A stretch of DNA of 63,641 nt, counting the filler, from Choristocarpus tenellus KU-1152 (lineage: Eukaryota > Protista > Phaeophyceae), in NCBI GenBank assembly GCA_964200185.2. It is 7 parts of 7 records of this genome, joined end to end, with 100 filler letters (N's around TTAATTAATTAA, not from the genome) between each part and the next. Parts side by side here need not be neighbours in the genome. Positions count along the whole stretch, not along the records: positions 51,926 to 54,609 come from CAXNAD020025674.1; positions 54,710 to 60,977 come from CAXNAD020008521.1; positions 61,078 to 63,641 come from CAXNAD020026740.1; 4 more parts are not named here. One strand, 5' to 3'. The position numbers and the translations under genes were made by a program. Positions 52,080-63,641 of the stretch are shown in pieces. Under the pieces are notes generated by a model, which did no database searches, was not told where the DNA came from, and was given only the letters and a program-made list of their open reading frames with translations. The first letter of the stretch is position 1, and every line of letters begins with the position of its first letter.

Positions 52080-52803
52080 AACTTTGTTTGAGCCTCAGGC
52101 GATCGGTGGGACAACCCTGAGATCCATGATCCTGAAAATCCGTGTGTTACACTTTTCGGAAGTTGTAAATCAGATTCTATCCGTTATTTCTATTTTTTTT
52201 TAATTCAATTATATCCGTGATTTGTATTTTTTAAGATACAAATCACACACTTAATTGATATTGTATACTTCCAATGTTCCGAAACCAACTTTGTTTGAGC
52301 CTCGGGCGATCGGTGGGACCACCCTGAGATCCATGATCCTGAAATCCGTGCATTATGCTTTGCGGAAGTTGTAAATCCGATTATATCCGTACTTCAAAAT
52401 TGTTTAAAATACAAATCACATACTTCATTGATATTGTACGTTTCCAACGTTCCGAAACGAACTTTGTTTGAGCTCTGGGCTATCGGTGGGACCACCCTGA
52501 GATCCATGATCCTGAAATCCGTGCATTATGCTTTGCGGAAGTTGTAAATCCGATTATATCCGTACTTCAAAATTGTTTAAAATACAAATCACATACTTCA
52601 TTGATCTTGCACGTTTCCAACATTCCGAAACGAACTTTGTTTGCGCTCTGGGCTATCCGTGGGATCACCATGAGATCCATGATCCTGAAAATCCGTGTAT
52701 TACGTTTGGGAGTTGTAAATCCGATTATATCCGTAATTACAAATTGTTTAAATACAAAGCACATATTTCATTGATCTTGCACGTTTCCAATGTTCAGTAA
52801 CCA
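52080..52803 (+). repeat. Tandem array of 173-bp units (4 copies)
   Basis: The unit start aactttgtttg occurs at 52080, 52287, 52460 and 52633. The first unit is lengthened by an internal duplication. Confidence 0.95.
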
Positions 52804-53245
52804 AAACGTCAAGAAACAACTAGCACCCTCTAATTTTTTGAAGTACAAAATCTTACAAAATTGGACATTTGGATTCTTGTAAATACTAGAGGCGGCAAAA
52901 AGGGGTTCTATATGTAAAACGGATCAGATCGGATCCGTTTTACTCGTGAACACCCTAAATACGTGCATTAGGATTTTTAGAAATAGTGAATCCAGTAATA
53001 ACTGTTCTTACAATTTTTGAAAATACCAAGGACGCAGTTTATGGGTCTCACACGTTTCCAATTTTCAGAAACTAAGAGGACACTTCCAACTCGTACCCAC
53101 AATTTATTTAAATACTTCTTGGCGACTTTAGTATTCTTAAAAATACTAGAGATGACAAAAAAGCGGATCTATGGTATTAAAGATCCAATCTGATCCCGTT
53201 TACCGTTGAACACCCAAAACACGTGCGTTAGGGTTTTTACGAAAT
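52771..53245 (+). repeat. Diverged ~260-bp tandem duplication
   Basis: aatactagag...aaaaa(g) at 52882/53142; gatccgttt...tgaacacc..aa.acgtgc.ttagg.ttttta at ~52930/53190. Confidence 0.7.
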
Positions 53246-53250
53246 TAGAA

Positions 53251-53738
53251 TGATATTCTAATCTTTACATCAACAAATACAATTGCAAACCACATCCTTC
53301 ATTGATCCAATACGTTTGAAACGTACGAAACGAAAAGGTCACAAAAAACTATTACTCTCTGTCTCTTTCCAATATGAAATCGTATGCTGTTCAGTATTCG
53401 TATATTTACAACACAATTGTCAAGGGAAAGACAAATCTGAGTTTTGAGGACCGAATGACCAGATGAAATAAAGCAGCACCGAAATAAAAATAATATTCTA
53501 ATCTTTACATCAACAAATACAATTACAAACCATATCCTTCATTGATTCAATACGTTTGAAACGTACGAAACGAAAAGNNNNNNNAAACGAAAAGGTCACA
53601 AAAAACTGTTACTCTCTGTCTCTTTCCAATATGAAATCGTATGTTGTTCGATATTCGTATATTTTATAACACAATTATCAACGGAAAGACAAATCTGAGT
53701 TTTGAAGACCGAATGACCAGATGAAATAAAGCAGCACC
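53251..53738 (+). repeat. 240-bp tandem duplication
   Basis: atattctaatctttacatcaacaaatacaatt...cagatgaaataaagcagcacc occurs at 53253 and 53493. A short N gap lies in copy 2. Confidence 0.85.
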
Positions 53739-53835
53739 TCCCATCCCTCAGTCCTCATTTCGATTCATTCCCTTCAGTACATACCACGTGCACCTGTTAT
53801 TTATCGATCCCTGTCACAACCTCCCAACCCTCGCC

Positions 53836-54282
53836 ATGTCCAGCATTCGCTCAACAACAACGCAACCGCCTGCCGATGGCGCTGCCCACGGATCGAGAGC
53901 GTGGGACAGCGATCTGAAGGGCATGTCCTCGCTCCTAGAACATCACTACCTCGGCGCGTACCGGATGAAACTCAGCAACATCACATGCACGGAGATGGTG
54001 TGTCCACTGAGCGAGCGTGGCCTTGCGCGCGTCAGCAAATCTATCCACGAGAAAGGCTGGTTGGAGCAGTTTGCTCCATCTGTGATAATCCAGCGAGACT
54101 CTTTAGGTAATGGGGACCAGCTAACCGCCGAAACTGCGCTTGCCATCCAAGGAAGTACACTGGACGGAAAGCATAGAATAACGGTGCTGAAGAGGGAGTT
54201 TGATCCCGAACGCGCTTTCATGATGCAGGTCTACTTGGAGTTCAACCAAGCAGAAGAGAGGCAAATTGCCAACGGTGGGTGA
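53836..54282 (+). CDS. ParB/Sulfiredoxin-like N-terminal domain protein, probably first exon (donor at 54275) of a longer gene
   Basis: gccATG at 53836. V(C)PLSERGLARVSKSIHEKGWLEQFAPSVII...LDGKHRITVLK matches the ParB-N pattern R......L..SI...G...P..V...(I/L)DG.HR. Recognised by motif only. Confidence 0.6.
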   Translation: MSSIRSTTTQPPADGAAHGSRAWDSDLKGMSSLLEHHYLGAYRMKLSNITCTEMVCPLSERGLARVSKSIHEKGWLEQFAPSVIIQRDSLGNGDQLTAETALAIQGSTLDGKHRITVLKREFDPERAFMMQVYLEFNQAEERQIANGG

Positions 54283-55882
54283 TGGAGTGTTGTCGTTGTT
54301 CCATGGTCGCCTGATGACTCTTCTGATCTACCAAGTTGTTACCGAGTTTCCTTTGTTTGGTTCGTCGTCAGTCAGCCCATTGTTGATCTTTTCGATGTTG
54401 ATTTGTTTAATCCCTCGTGGTCTTTCTGTCGACAGCAACATGTTGCTCACTACTGCCTGCCACGTACCTACCCCTTGCCGCGTTCGCCCACTGCAATGTG
54501 TTACAAGTCCAACAATTTGCCCGAGAAAATAGATAAATGCAGATCGGCGTATCTGACAGGGTGGAGGGGGGGGGGGGCAGTACCCAACAAACGATATCTC
54601 GGGCACAACNNNNNNNNNNNNNNNNNNNNNNNNNNNNNNNNNNNNNNNNNNNNTTAATTAATTAANNNNNNNNNNNNNNNNNNNNNNNNNNNNNNNNNNN
54701 NNNNNNNNNCACCATTTTCGGTCAAACTCATCCTCCATAGTATGCTCCATCCTCAATTTTGGTGATCGGCTGTTATCTGACCGACATTATTGAGCATGTA
54801 CAATACATATACATACAGTTCATTTCTACAGTATTACTTCTTCATACATTTTTATCAAATTCCTTCATTCATCGCCTTCTCTGCTCTTGGAGTATCAAAC
54901 TACTATGAAATATTAGTAGTATTATGTCGTGAAAATATTTTTTGAACAAATAATGGCTACAGGCTTTTGTTATCAGGAATGGATGTACATTACTTTTCAA
55001 TGTAGAGCTAGCTCAACGTGGGCACTTGGTTCAAAACCGTAATACCGATCCTTCTCAACTTCAATATCCCCTGAACCTACACTTTCACATCGATATCTCA
55101 ATTCGTGGTAGTCTATGCTTTTAAGTCAAAGAAAATGAGAGGTACCCAGAGTTGCAATTTAGGGATGGAAAATATGTTCAAATTTCGACTTTTGTACAAA
55201 CAATGTGTAGGATTGTTTTATGGATTGTGTCGGAGAGGTGCAAAAACAGAGAAATAGGCGCTCTCGAGTCAAACTTACAATATATCCATAGAAGTATGGG
55301 TACTATTTTGTGATCCTCTACAGATGATAAACTTGCTTTCTACGCTGGCTACCCATCATCTATCTCTAGTAATGTCTTTTATTCATAACGAATGAATGCT
55401 ACAGAGCAATTAGTGGGCCTCAATTCTTCCTGGACAATGGATGTCGTAGGACAAATGAGGCCGAGCCATTACCCTAAGAAGAGATGTTGAGCACGAAGAT
55501 ACTATAATCATAAATAGTGCTCGACAATAGACATAGTAGATCAAACTGACTTGGGCGCTAGATGATCAACAGACGTTATAAAAGAGTTATAGGAGTCTCA
55601 AATGTTGTCCTTGTAATAATCTACGATACAGAGCAAATAGATCCTTTCTACGTTGTTGGGGATAGTGGATATTATCGCCAAAGTACGACCCGATCGTTGT
55701 AGTTAGCTTTGGGGGTTACGTTTTGCGAGGTGTGAAGAATTTCGCGAATACCTGTAGAGAGGAATCAGAGGGTATAAGTGGAATGGCGGTATATCATTGC
55801 TCAAGAATTGCTCATGCCTGCGAACGGTCCTAAGAAAAGTGAACCTCCTGAAGGTGCCTTCGTAGATTCAGTGAGACTATTG

Positions 55883-56142
55883 GAGTCAAATTATCTTAGA
55901 GGGTAGAGCCGCGTCCATTTGGGGGCCAAAATCCAATGTTGCGACTTTGATGTAATTTTGGCTATCGTGTTCGTTAGGAAGTGTCAATATCCTTGTACCA
56001 AATACACCTTTTCATAAAGTATTCATTTTATCTACTCCGAAACATTTCAGAGTAGGAAAAATGTCATTAAAAAACTTGTGGGAAGCCAAGCCCCAGATGG
56101 ACAAACAGGGCAAACCCCGTACCCTCTAAGATACTTTCACTC
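55883..56142. mobile_element. MITE family A, full length (260 bp), opposite orientation
   Basis: TIRs gagtcaaattatcttagagggta / taccctctaagatactttcactc. Confidence 0.88.
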
Positions 56143-59100
56143 CTTGCATATATTAAGTTTTTTGTACTTTGTCATGGAGCAGTGTCACAGGGGACAATTC
56201 TGTGTGGCAATTTCACAAACGCCTGTTTGCAATTGATGTATACGATATCTTTTGTTCCACTATCTTGCTGAACTTAGTTATTATTTTTCTACTCCAACTC
56301 CCAGCCATAAAGTCCCCACCCCTTCCACCGACTATCATCATTCCCCACCAGGTGAGTCAACTCGGTTTGTACCAGTAGACACTTTGATAGACATAGCACT
56401 CATTTTTGTAAATGAGATGTATAGAGTTTTAGGGGATGAAGTTATTTTCCTGTTAATGGGATTAATTGAATAAGCACTGTTGTGTATGATGAATGACAGA
56501 GGCCATGCGCAGGAAGCAACTTGTCAGCATGTTGTCACTATATGCATAGAGATCTATAGCAACATGAAGGGTTTGCCAGGTGACCTCCGCCCGTATGAGC
56601 AGGCCGGTATGTGAGCTCTGGGGAGGCTTTTCGTTCTATTATTGATTGTTAGGTACTGTACGTTCTTCGAAGTAGGATGTTGTTGGGTGTAGGGCGTTGT
56701 TGTTGTGGGTAGGAGGTGATGTGCAATAGGAAAAATATAGTCAGAAGAACTAACTGTCGCGCTGAGCAGATAAACAATGTAGCTACTGCAAGATCGTTGC
56801 CTTCCATGTACCTCGCTTCGTACCTGTGTCGTTAACACTTGCGGACTCATAAACGGCCTCTCCTGTTTGTTATAATCATATATCATTTGGCTGCTGACGA
56901 TTGGAATGGCTGGCTTCTATGTTTTGTCCGAGTGAGCCTCAGGGAATTTGACAGGAAAATGAGATGCCCTTGAAGTTTTGACCAGGGAAACTAGGTCTGA
57001 GTATTATGCATTCTTGTGTATAAATATACTTATGTACGGACAGGCACTGCCCCAGATTTGTGCGTCTACATAATGGATGCAGTGGATGCAAAGGCTACCC
57101 CGCTACCTCAAACCTATTTGCCCTGTCACCTATTTCAAACTAATGCCTCGTACTACGTTTGTACTCTAAGGTAGTACATACATACGAGGAAGAGCGAATA
57201 CATCCTTGTATAAAGTTCAGCTCGAAGTATAGTATTTCACGTTCCAATGATGTTACCATCACACACCCATTTCTACCCTTTCATTCGCTCAATTGCAGTA
57301 CACACGGCGTAGAACCTGCATGGCTACAGCTCAAAATACGGCAAGAATACATGTTTATGATGATACCAAACAATTCACAAACACACGAACCCTACGAAAG
57401 CAATCCACCTTGGTTGCTTGGTATGGTGTGCCGTATATATTCCAATTCCTGTACCATTCCTGGCAAGTGATTGGTCTGCCCCCCCTTTGACGGCACAACA
57501 GTAGAAGTATCTTCAAACACTGGACTGTCGCAGGCAAGACCTTGCAGGCATGCCCAGACAGGTATCACACAAAATTCTAATTCGATATACTGCTATGGTT
57601 GTACAACAATATTAGGCACTCCAGTACTTACCAGCCTCCCAGTGTGTACTCCAAAACGACACCCCACACAACCGAAGAATGCACCTGGCTACTATAATAC
57701 TACAACATGTAGTACCCCACTTCTACACACATCTGTAAAGTTTACCCCCATTTAGTGGGAAGAATGGATCATACCCCCGATGTTTGTTTATGTTGTCTAT
57801 GCCCGTTTGACAAACAGTACTCATGCACAGTAACTCATACATGTGTCATAGCTATTCGGCACCATCAGTCCAACACCAAACAACCAAGAAAATACCTGGA
57901 CTGACCTCCATCACCTGTGCAGATTTATACTGCTGTTTTTGTATCAGTATAGAAGGAGAGGAAAGAAAGGGATGGGAGCCTCACACGATTTCCTCTTGCT
58001 GAATGTGATGAGATGGTTGGAAAGAGAAGAGTGATATTAATATGGCTGGTGGAGTTTGGTCTAGCACCTGTTGCTTCTAGAAGGAATCATTAATCCTCAA
58101 CACTAACAAACGTTTCTAGAAATACTCCATCAAGCATACAGAAAAACGCCTCGGTCAAGTGGACATCAAAACCCAGAATTGATTCTCTATTGAATTATCC
58201 CACTAAGATGTGAACCACGGTCCGGAGTGCTTTCGGTTACATATTACAGTATTACGTATCTTATTCTGCACATTACTATTTCTCTATCTCCACTTCATCC
58301 AGTGAGTGCTCAAATTCCTCCCATGTTCTCTACAACATATATATATATATATATTCATTTAACAGTTAAAGTCCACAATACAATACCCAATTATCCACAC
58401 AAGTACTGCTATTGTCGTAGCTGGTGCACAACAACAACCTGCGAATGAAAGACACCCGATGAGTGTCATCATGGAGTGGTAGAAATTGCCTGGTTGCTAT
58501 GGACACTACGTATCATTGTGGTCTTCTTGTCAAATGATTGACATAAACTCATACAAATGCTCCGACCCGTGAGAAGAGGGTCACTGGCTCAGTAAGTACC
58601 AGTAGGAGCGTCATTACATGTCACGCCATGTCACGTCATCATGTCACTTCAAACAAAGCAATAATGGACACATCATCAACATGAAGAATGCTAGTCATGA
58701 CTAGTTCATTTACATACTAGTTTTTGCTGTTGAACGATGTATCCCTCGAGAAGCAAAAAATATCAGGATGAGACTCAGTGCCCTTACCACCGACATGTGA
58801 TGATTCGCACAGTTCAGGAGGACCAAGATGTCTCCAAGAAACGAATGAAGAGAAAGTCTTTAGCGTACGAGTACGAGTATTTCTGAGCGTTCTCATACTT
58901 ACTTGTCTTCTTTGAGGTATATTCTTCCCACACATACATGCCTACTTGCATTTGTGGCTAGAAGTACACTATGCTTGTAGGGAACATTAATTCTAGTAGT
59001 GGAAGTAGACAGACTCATAAATATTGTACACATCAAACAGGGGTGTGATGGATGTAGACGGGGATACCACATCACTCTCTAAATAATAAATTGCTAGTTT

Positions 59101-60358
59101 TGCTGAGCACCGAACGCTCAACTGCCTTGAGTAATAAAGTGCTGGGACTGTGGGCGCATGTGTCAAGATATTCGCTTCAGTCACTCAGTTAATCTCTATT
59201 TGATGTTTGTTTTGACGTGTGCTAGACTATGGGAAAGATGGAGCTACGGAGGTGTCTACTCGGCCTCTCTCTCTCCGGTGGCTTTTTACACTTCCAGTTA
59301 TAGCACCATCTTTGTGTCCTGTTTTCATCACCTGATGCATCAAGGTGGAGACCTACAGTTGATAGATTTGGCAAGGGGGAATTATTTCAACTTCATTATC
59401 CAATATCTCCTACTTCAACGTATGAAGTAGGAGGGACGCTTCATCCACATACAATAGATATTTGTTGTGTTATCTCCCTGCCTGTGACGATTGCCTGATT
59501 TCCATATTCATCGGGATAGGAAGTATCTTGACTGACCTAGAGAAAATAAGTAGGTACTTGAGAACAAGGACACCCCTTTGTTGATGTGAGGATACTCGGG
59601 AAGTACTTGTGGAGATCTGAAATGTGCCGCAGGATCATCTGCAGATGTGTCCACTACCGAGGGTATATTGTACGTAGATTTATTTGGTTATTGGATATAC
59701 GAATTGGCATGTGTAAGCCATACCATCATCACAAGTCATTTGAAGGTGAGAGTACCTCAGCAATAGTTCAGAAAAAACAAATGGCACTCAAAAAGTTAAC
59801 TGTAAGCATAGATCCACACTTTCCTATCCTTCCGAACTGCTCAACAATGTGCACCTTCCGTTCAGTGTAGATTCGGCGAACAGTCACAAAATGCCGAATA
59901 TCTCATTGTTGCGAACTGAGTGTGAATAGAGAACAAACATGAGCGCAGGCACATCCTGCCTGTAGTGACATACGGAACAAAATCGACGTCGCGTTGTACG
60001 ACACATCGGAGACAGAGGATTACGAACCTTTGATTATAAAGCTTGCTTATTCAACCAGTCACATGTTCGCCTTTGCCACCAAACCCACTGGAAGTCTCTC
60101 TACTTCTCTCCACACCCTCGACATCTATGTACATCATCACATACACATCAAACACCGTATTGCACCGAGCAACCGAAACCAAAGACTTCCTGACACGACA
60201 GTGGGCGCATACATGGTGTGTTCTGCTGGTCGCTACTAATACAAGTCTACAAAATTGTTAAACGAATCAAAAAAACGTGGTGAGAGCCCCAAGGCATTGC
60301 ACACCACAAACTATAGCCTATGTCACGCACTTGCCCCACCAGTGCAAGGCAGAGTAGC

Positions 60359-60977
60359 CTACGTCAAGTGATCGAGGATACTCTGGGCGTCCACAAGTTC
60401 CTGAACCAGCATACCCGCTACTCCGATCATCGCCAGTCGTCCGTTGTTCAGCTCCTTCGTCTGCATCACCTTCAACTCCTCAGGAGATTCAGGCTTGAGG
60501 CCAGCAGGATCGAAACCGATGTCTCCTGGGGTGTACTCAGCCTTGAGGTTACCCGTCCCGGTGGTGGAGTCCAGCTCTCCCCAACCCTGCGTGATGGCCT
60601 GGTACTCCACGAAGGCGATGCCGGTCACGGCTGCCACCCAGAAGGCGGGGAAGCGGGCGGTTATCTCCTGGAAGTGGTCCACGGCGGGGCCGATGTAGTC
60701 GGGGCCCATGAACAGGGGGTGGAAGCTCTGCAAACAGTAGTGATTGAAGGGGAGGGTGTGGCAATCGCGGGTGATTGGCAATGAGATCAATAGATGTGAC
60801 TCGATATACTTCGACCATCTTGGCGATTGCCACTAAGGACAACACAGACTCACTCCAGAGGACACTATTGAATACTGGACACGCGGAAGGAGACTGGATG
60901 TCAGCTACACGGAACGGGGTCACAGGGGATATAACAAGCTCACCTCGGCCACAAGGATGCCCACGGCGGCGAGCATG
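60359..60977 (-). CDS. LHCX: Light-harvesting complex protein, Lhcx/LI818 (stress-related fucoxanthin-chlorophyll protein), 3' partial
   Basis: Exons 60977-60944 (MLAAVGILVAE) and 60727-60359: SFHPLF...GPAVDHFQ...YTPGDIGFDPAGLKP....MQTKELNNGRLAMIGVAGMLVQE. The FHPLF/GPA.DH motifs are typical of LI818/Lhcx. Confidence 0.93.
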
Positions 60978-63099
60978 NNNNNNNNNNNNNNNNNNNNNNN
61001 NNNNNNNNNNNNNNNNNNNNNTTAATTAATTAANNNNNNNNNNNNNNNNNNNNNNNNNNNNNNNNNNNNNNNNNNNNATACTTTGAGCCTTATATTAAAC
61101 TCTTCGTACCTCTCTTTTACGTCGGCTCCAAGCATCAGCAACCCCCTCTTGTTCATTGCGGAATAGAGCCTATAGAGGGCTTCCCCCTCGAGGGTTTTTG
61201 GAGGATGTGGGACCTTGCGCAGAGTTCAAGATTGTGCACTCTGATGAGCTAGATGTGTTTAGTGCTTTTGCCTACATTGCCATAGCTTTTTGAGGGGGGG
61301 GTCGTTGGTTGCTAACGGCATGTGGACAATAACCTCTAACGTTGTGCATATTCACTTTTACAGTGCCACTGACAGTACATGGTCGCAGCACATTCACCCA
61401 ACATGACAGATTTTTGTGTTTCTTGGTTTCTCGGAGTTTTTGTACAACAATGTACTATTCTTGTAAAGTTTATCGAAGATAAATGAGATGCCCGGGTGGT
61501 CTAATTTGTAAGATGCTTTTGTAGGGTAAAGGAGATTACAAGTTCATTTCTCGCCTGGGGTCTACCATTTTTCAAGCATGGCACATACAAATTTAGTAAA
61601 TTCCACATATTAGTATTGTAGTCTATATACTAACTAGTACTGTCACAAAATCATACGAGTCTTACTAGCATCACCAGTGAATTCAGACATGGGGTGATGG
61701 GTGAAATTTTATTTTTGGTTGACCACTAAACAAACATACCGAATGCCAAAGCAGGAGAAGGATTATGCATATTATGATAACACTTTGGAGATGTGTATCT
61801 AGGGAAAAATCAAGAAAAAACTATTCGTATGTCAGAAAAATCCCCAAGTAATTCGTCGTTTATAAACTTTTTCAAAAATACCAGTGGCCGTTAAATGATT
61901 CGAACTGTTTACCACCTATGTAATACCCTGGATATGAGACTATGAAGCATCGTGTACACTAAGTCTTCCCAGATATTACATGGAAGAAGAAATTCTTTCA
62001 TAGGATGTCATCGACACAACATTATTCCCAACACAACCGTTCATTCCCCCAAACCCACCTCTCAACTTCTAGGCGCCATTGTGCAACCATTAGGGCTCCT
62101 CTCAAGACGAAAAGTATACCTCTGGGACTCAAGGGTTTTCAACTTTCCGATACACCACTCAGCATTGATAGATCGCGAGGGCACGCTTTCGTTTTCCGAT
62201 AATCCTCACTGCTGCAAACTCCTCAAGACTTCAGCTACAACACTCCCGTGTGAGGTCATATATATGCACATCTTGTGAATGACACTGAACTTTGAATATA
62301 ATATGAGACAGTGGAACACCCTATAAAGTTCCTACTTGCCGCAACATCAAGGAATCTGTCATTTCATTGGAGGTCATCATGTGGAGACTATTCCATACCC
62401 GATTTGGCAAACCTGAGATAGACGGCTCAACTTCCACCAGGAACTGTGCAACCCCTGGGGCTACTTGTTACAAAACGCTCCATAAGCTTACCACAATGGG
62501 ATATGTGTAGTTCCAATCTACAAGCCTGTTGACTGAAGACGAGACTCGTAAAGGGCTCTATAATGCAAATGCCGTCAAATATGCTGGATCTCTCACTTCG
62601 ATTATTTACTTTACTACTTTGATTGGGGTATACAGGAAGGACTGGTATGAAAGGTAAGGCAAATGCATGGTATTTACATGACTAAAATAATAAAAAATAG
62701 TTCAGAGGCATAACATTTATCAATCTAGGACTTCAAGGTCATAATGGCGTATATGAAACCGCCATTAAGACCTATGGCTTGTGCATTGCCCCCCCAGCAT
62801 GAAGCATAACTGCTTCAATGCAGAGAAAACGTGATTGGAAAAGGAAGAAAAATACCATTCCTAATCCTATCATGAACGTAGCAGAAATGAAATGGATGTC
62901 ACTTCCAGGTCCTAACATAACAACAGTAGGCAGCGTTGGGGATCAAGCGGGGTAGGAAACCTGTAGGAAAAATCCCCTTCCAATGTTTGCCCCGACAACA
63001 GATATGCTAGAGAAACACTTACACCTCACGGCACTCAATCTACATTTGACCCAACGTTCAAGACAAAATCTCCTACAATCGAGTCTCACACTCGTGTTA

Positions 63100-63490
63100 A
63101 AATAGGGTACAGCAATAAAAGGACTCTCTCCATCTCAAAAGCATGAACACACAAATAAATGCAAACACAAAATCACATGGAACAAAGAAATAGGGTATTT
63201 TCATGGAAAGGCTCCCTCCCTAAGAACTATGGACATAACAAATACAGACAAGTATGCCTCAAAATAACATAGAAGTATGGTACTGTTGTGGGAAGACTTC
63301 TCCCTCTTCAGAACTATAAACACAAATAAATACAAATCCAAAAATCACAAAAACGATTGAAATGTGGTACTGGCATAGAAAGACTCCTACCCTTCAGAAC
63401 TATGAACGGAAACTAATACAAGCAAGAAAAATATAATGCCTCACATTCACATGGAAATAGGGTACTGTCATAGAAATAATTTCTCTTCGT
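63100..63490 (+). repeat. Degenerate ~87-bp tandem repeat (4-5 units)
   Basis: gaactat at 63224, 63311 and 63397; ggta(c/t) at 63105, 63194, 63279, 63366 and 63461. Confidence 0.6.
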
Positions 63491-63595
63491 TGTAACCAAT
63501 TCCACTAGGGCTTTGTGGCCCATTCATCCATATGCAACAATCTCCCCCCCCCTAAAGTCATCTCCAGTGTGCTTTTGTTCACTGATCGGACTTGT

Positions 63596-63641
63596 GGGCC
63601 GAAGTATCTAGGGGGTGGGTGGGGGTTGGTTTGTGAGGGGG
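63596..63641 (+). mobile_element. MITE family B terminus
   Basis: gggccgaagtatctaggggg. Other isolated termini lie at 43359-43379 and 61078-61089. Confidence 0.5.

Noticed and set aside
52080-53738. CRISPR array interpretation of the repeats
   Set aside because: Units are 173-260 bp and similar along their whole length. There are no unique spacers and no cas genes.
54710-60300. Short ORFs downstream of Lhcx and in 61078-63100
   Set aside because: No recognisable domains or consistent splice chains; treated as intergenic or decayed sequence.
43926-60977. Functional clustering of the Smr nuclease, ParB-like ORF and Lhcx
   Set aside because: They lie on different contigs joined by artificial linkers.

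Overview
Eukaryotic, intron-rich nuclear DNA. The source is most likely a brown alga or close photosynthetic stramenopile, inferred from an Lhcx/LI818 antenna gene, very high intron density and an axonemal dynein. The window is not contiguous. Six 100-bp artificial linkers (N-TTAATTAATTAA-N) join seven contigs: 1-5509, 5610-35633, 35734-43379, 43480-51825, 51926-54609, 54710-60977 and 61078-63641. Adjacency across linkers is therefore meaningless. Genes reconstructed by hand: a ~850-aa five-KH-domain RNA-binding protein (minus, at least 18 exons) head-to-head with the 5' part of PPIL2/Cyp60; the 5' part of an inner-arm axonemal dynein heavy chain; a near-complete N4BP2/Cue2-like gene (P-loop kinase + 2 CUE + DUF1771 + Smr); and the 3' part of an Lhcx gene. 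The rest is largely transposon debris: two DD39D mariner remnants, a Tc1 deletion derivative, a Harbinger-type Myb pseudogene, Copia gag and three MITE families. The best candidate for a novel system is the 2.7-kb contig 51926-54609. It carries a tiered tandem-repeat array (173/260/240 bp) with seven GTTTC-N8/9-GAAAC-type inverted motifs directly upstream of a ParB/Srx-like ORF. Also notable: 22 of 22 phase-0 introns in the KH/PPIL2 pair, GC-AG introns, CpG-island-like promoters and a ~200-nt miRNA-like hairpin.
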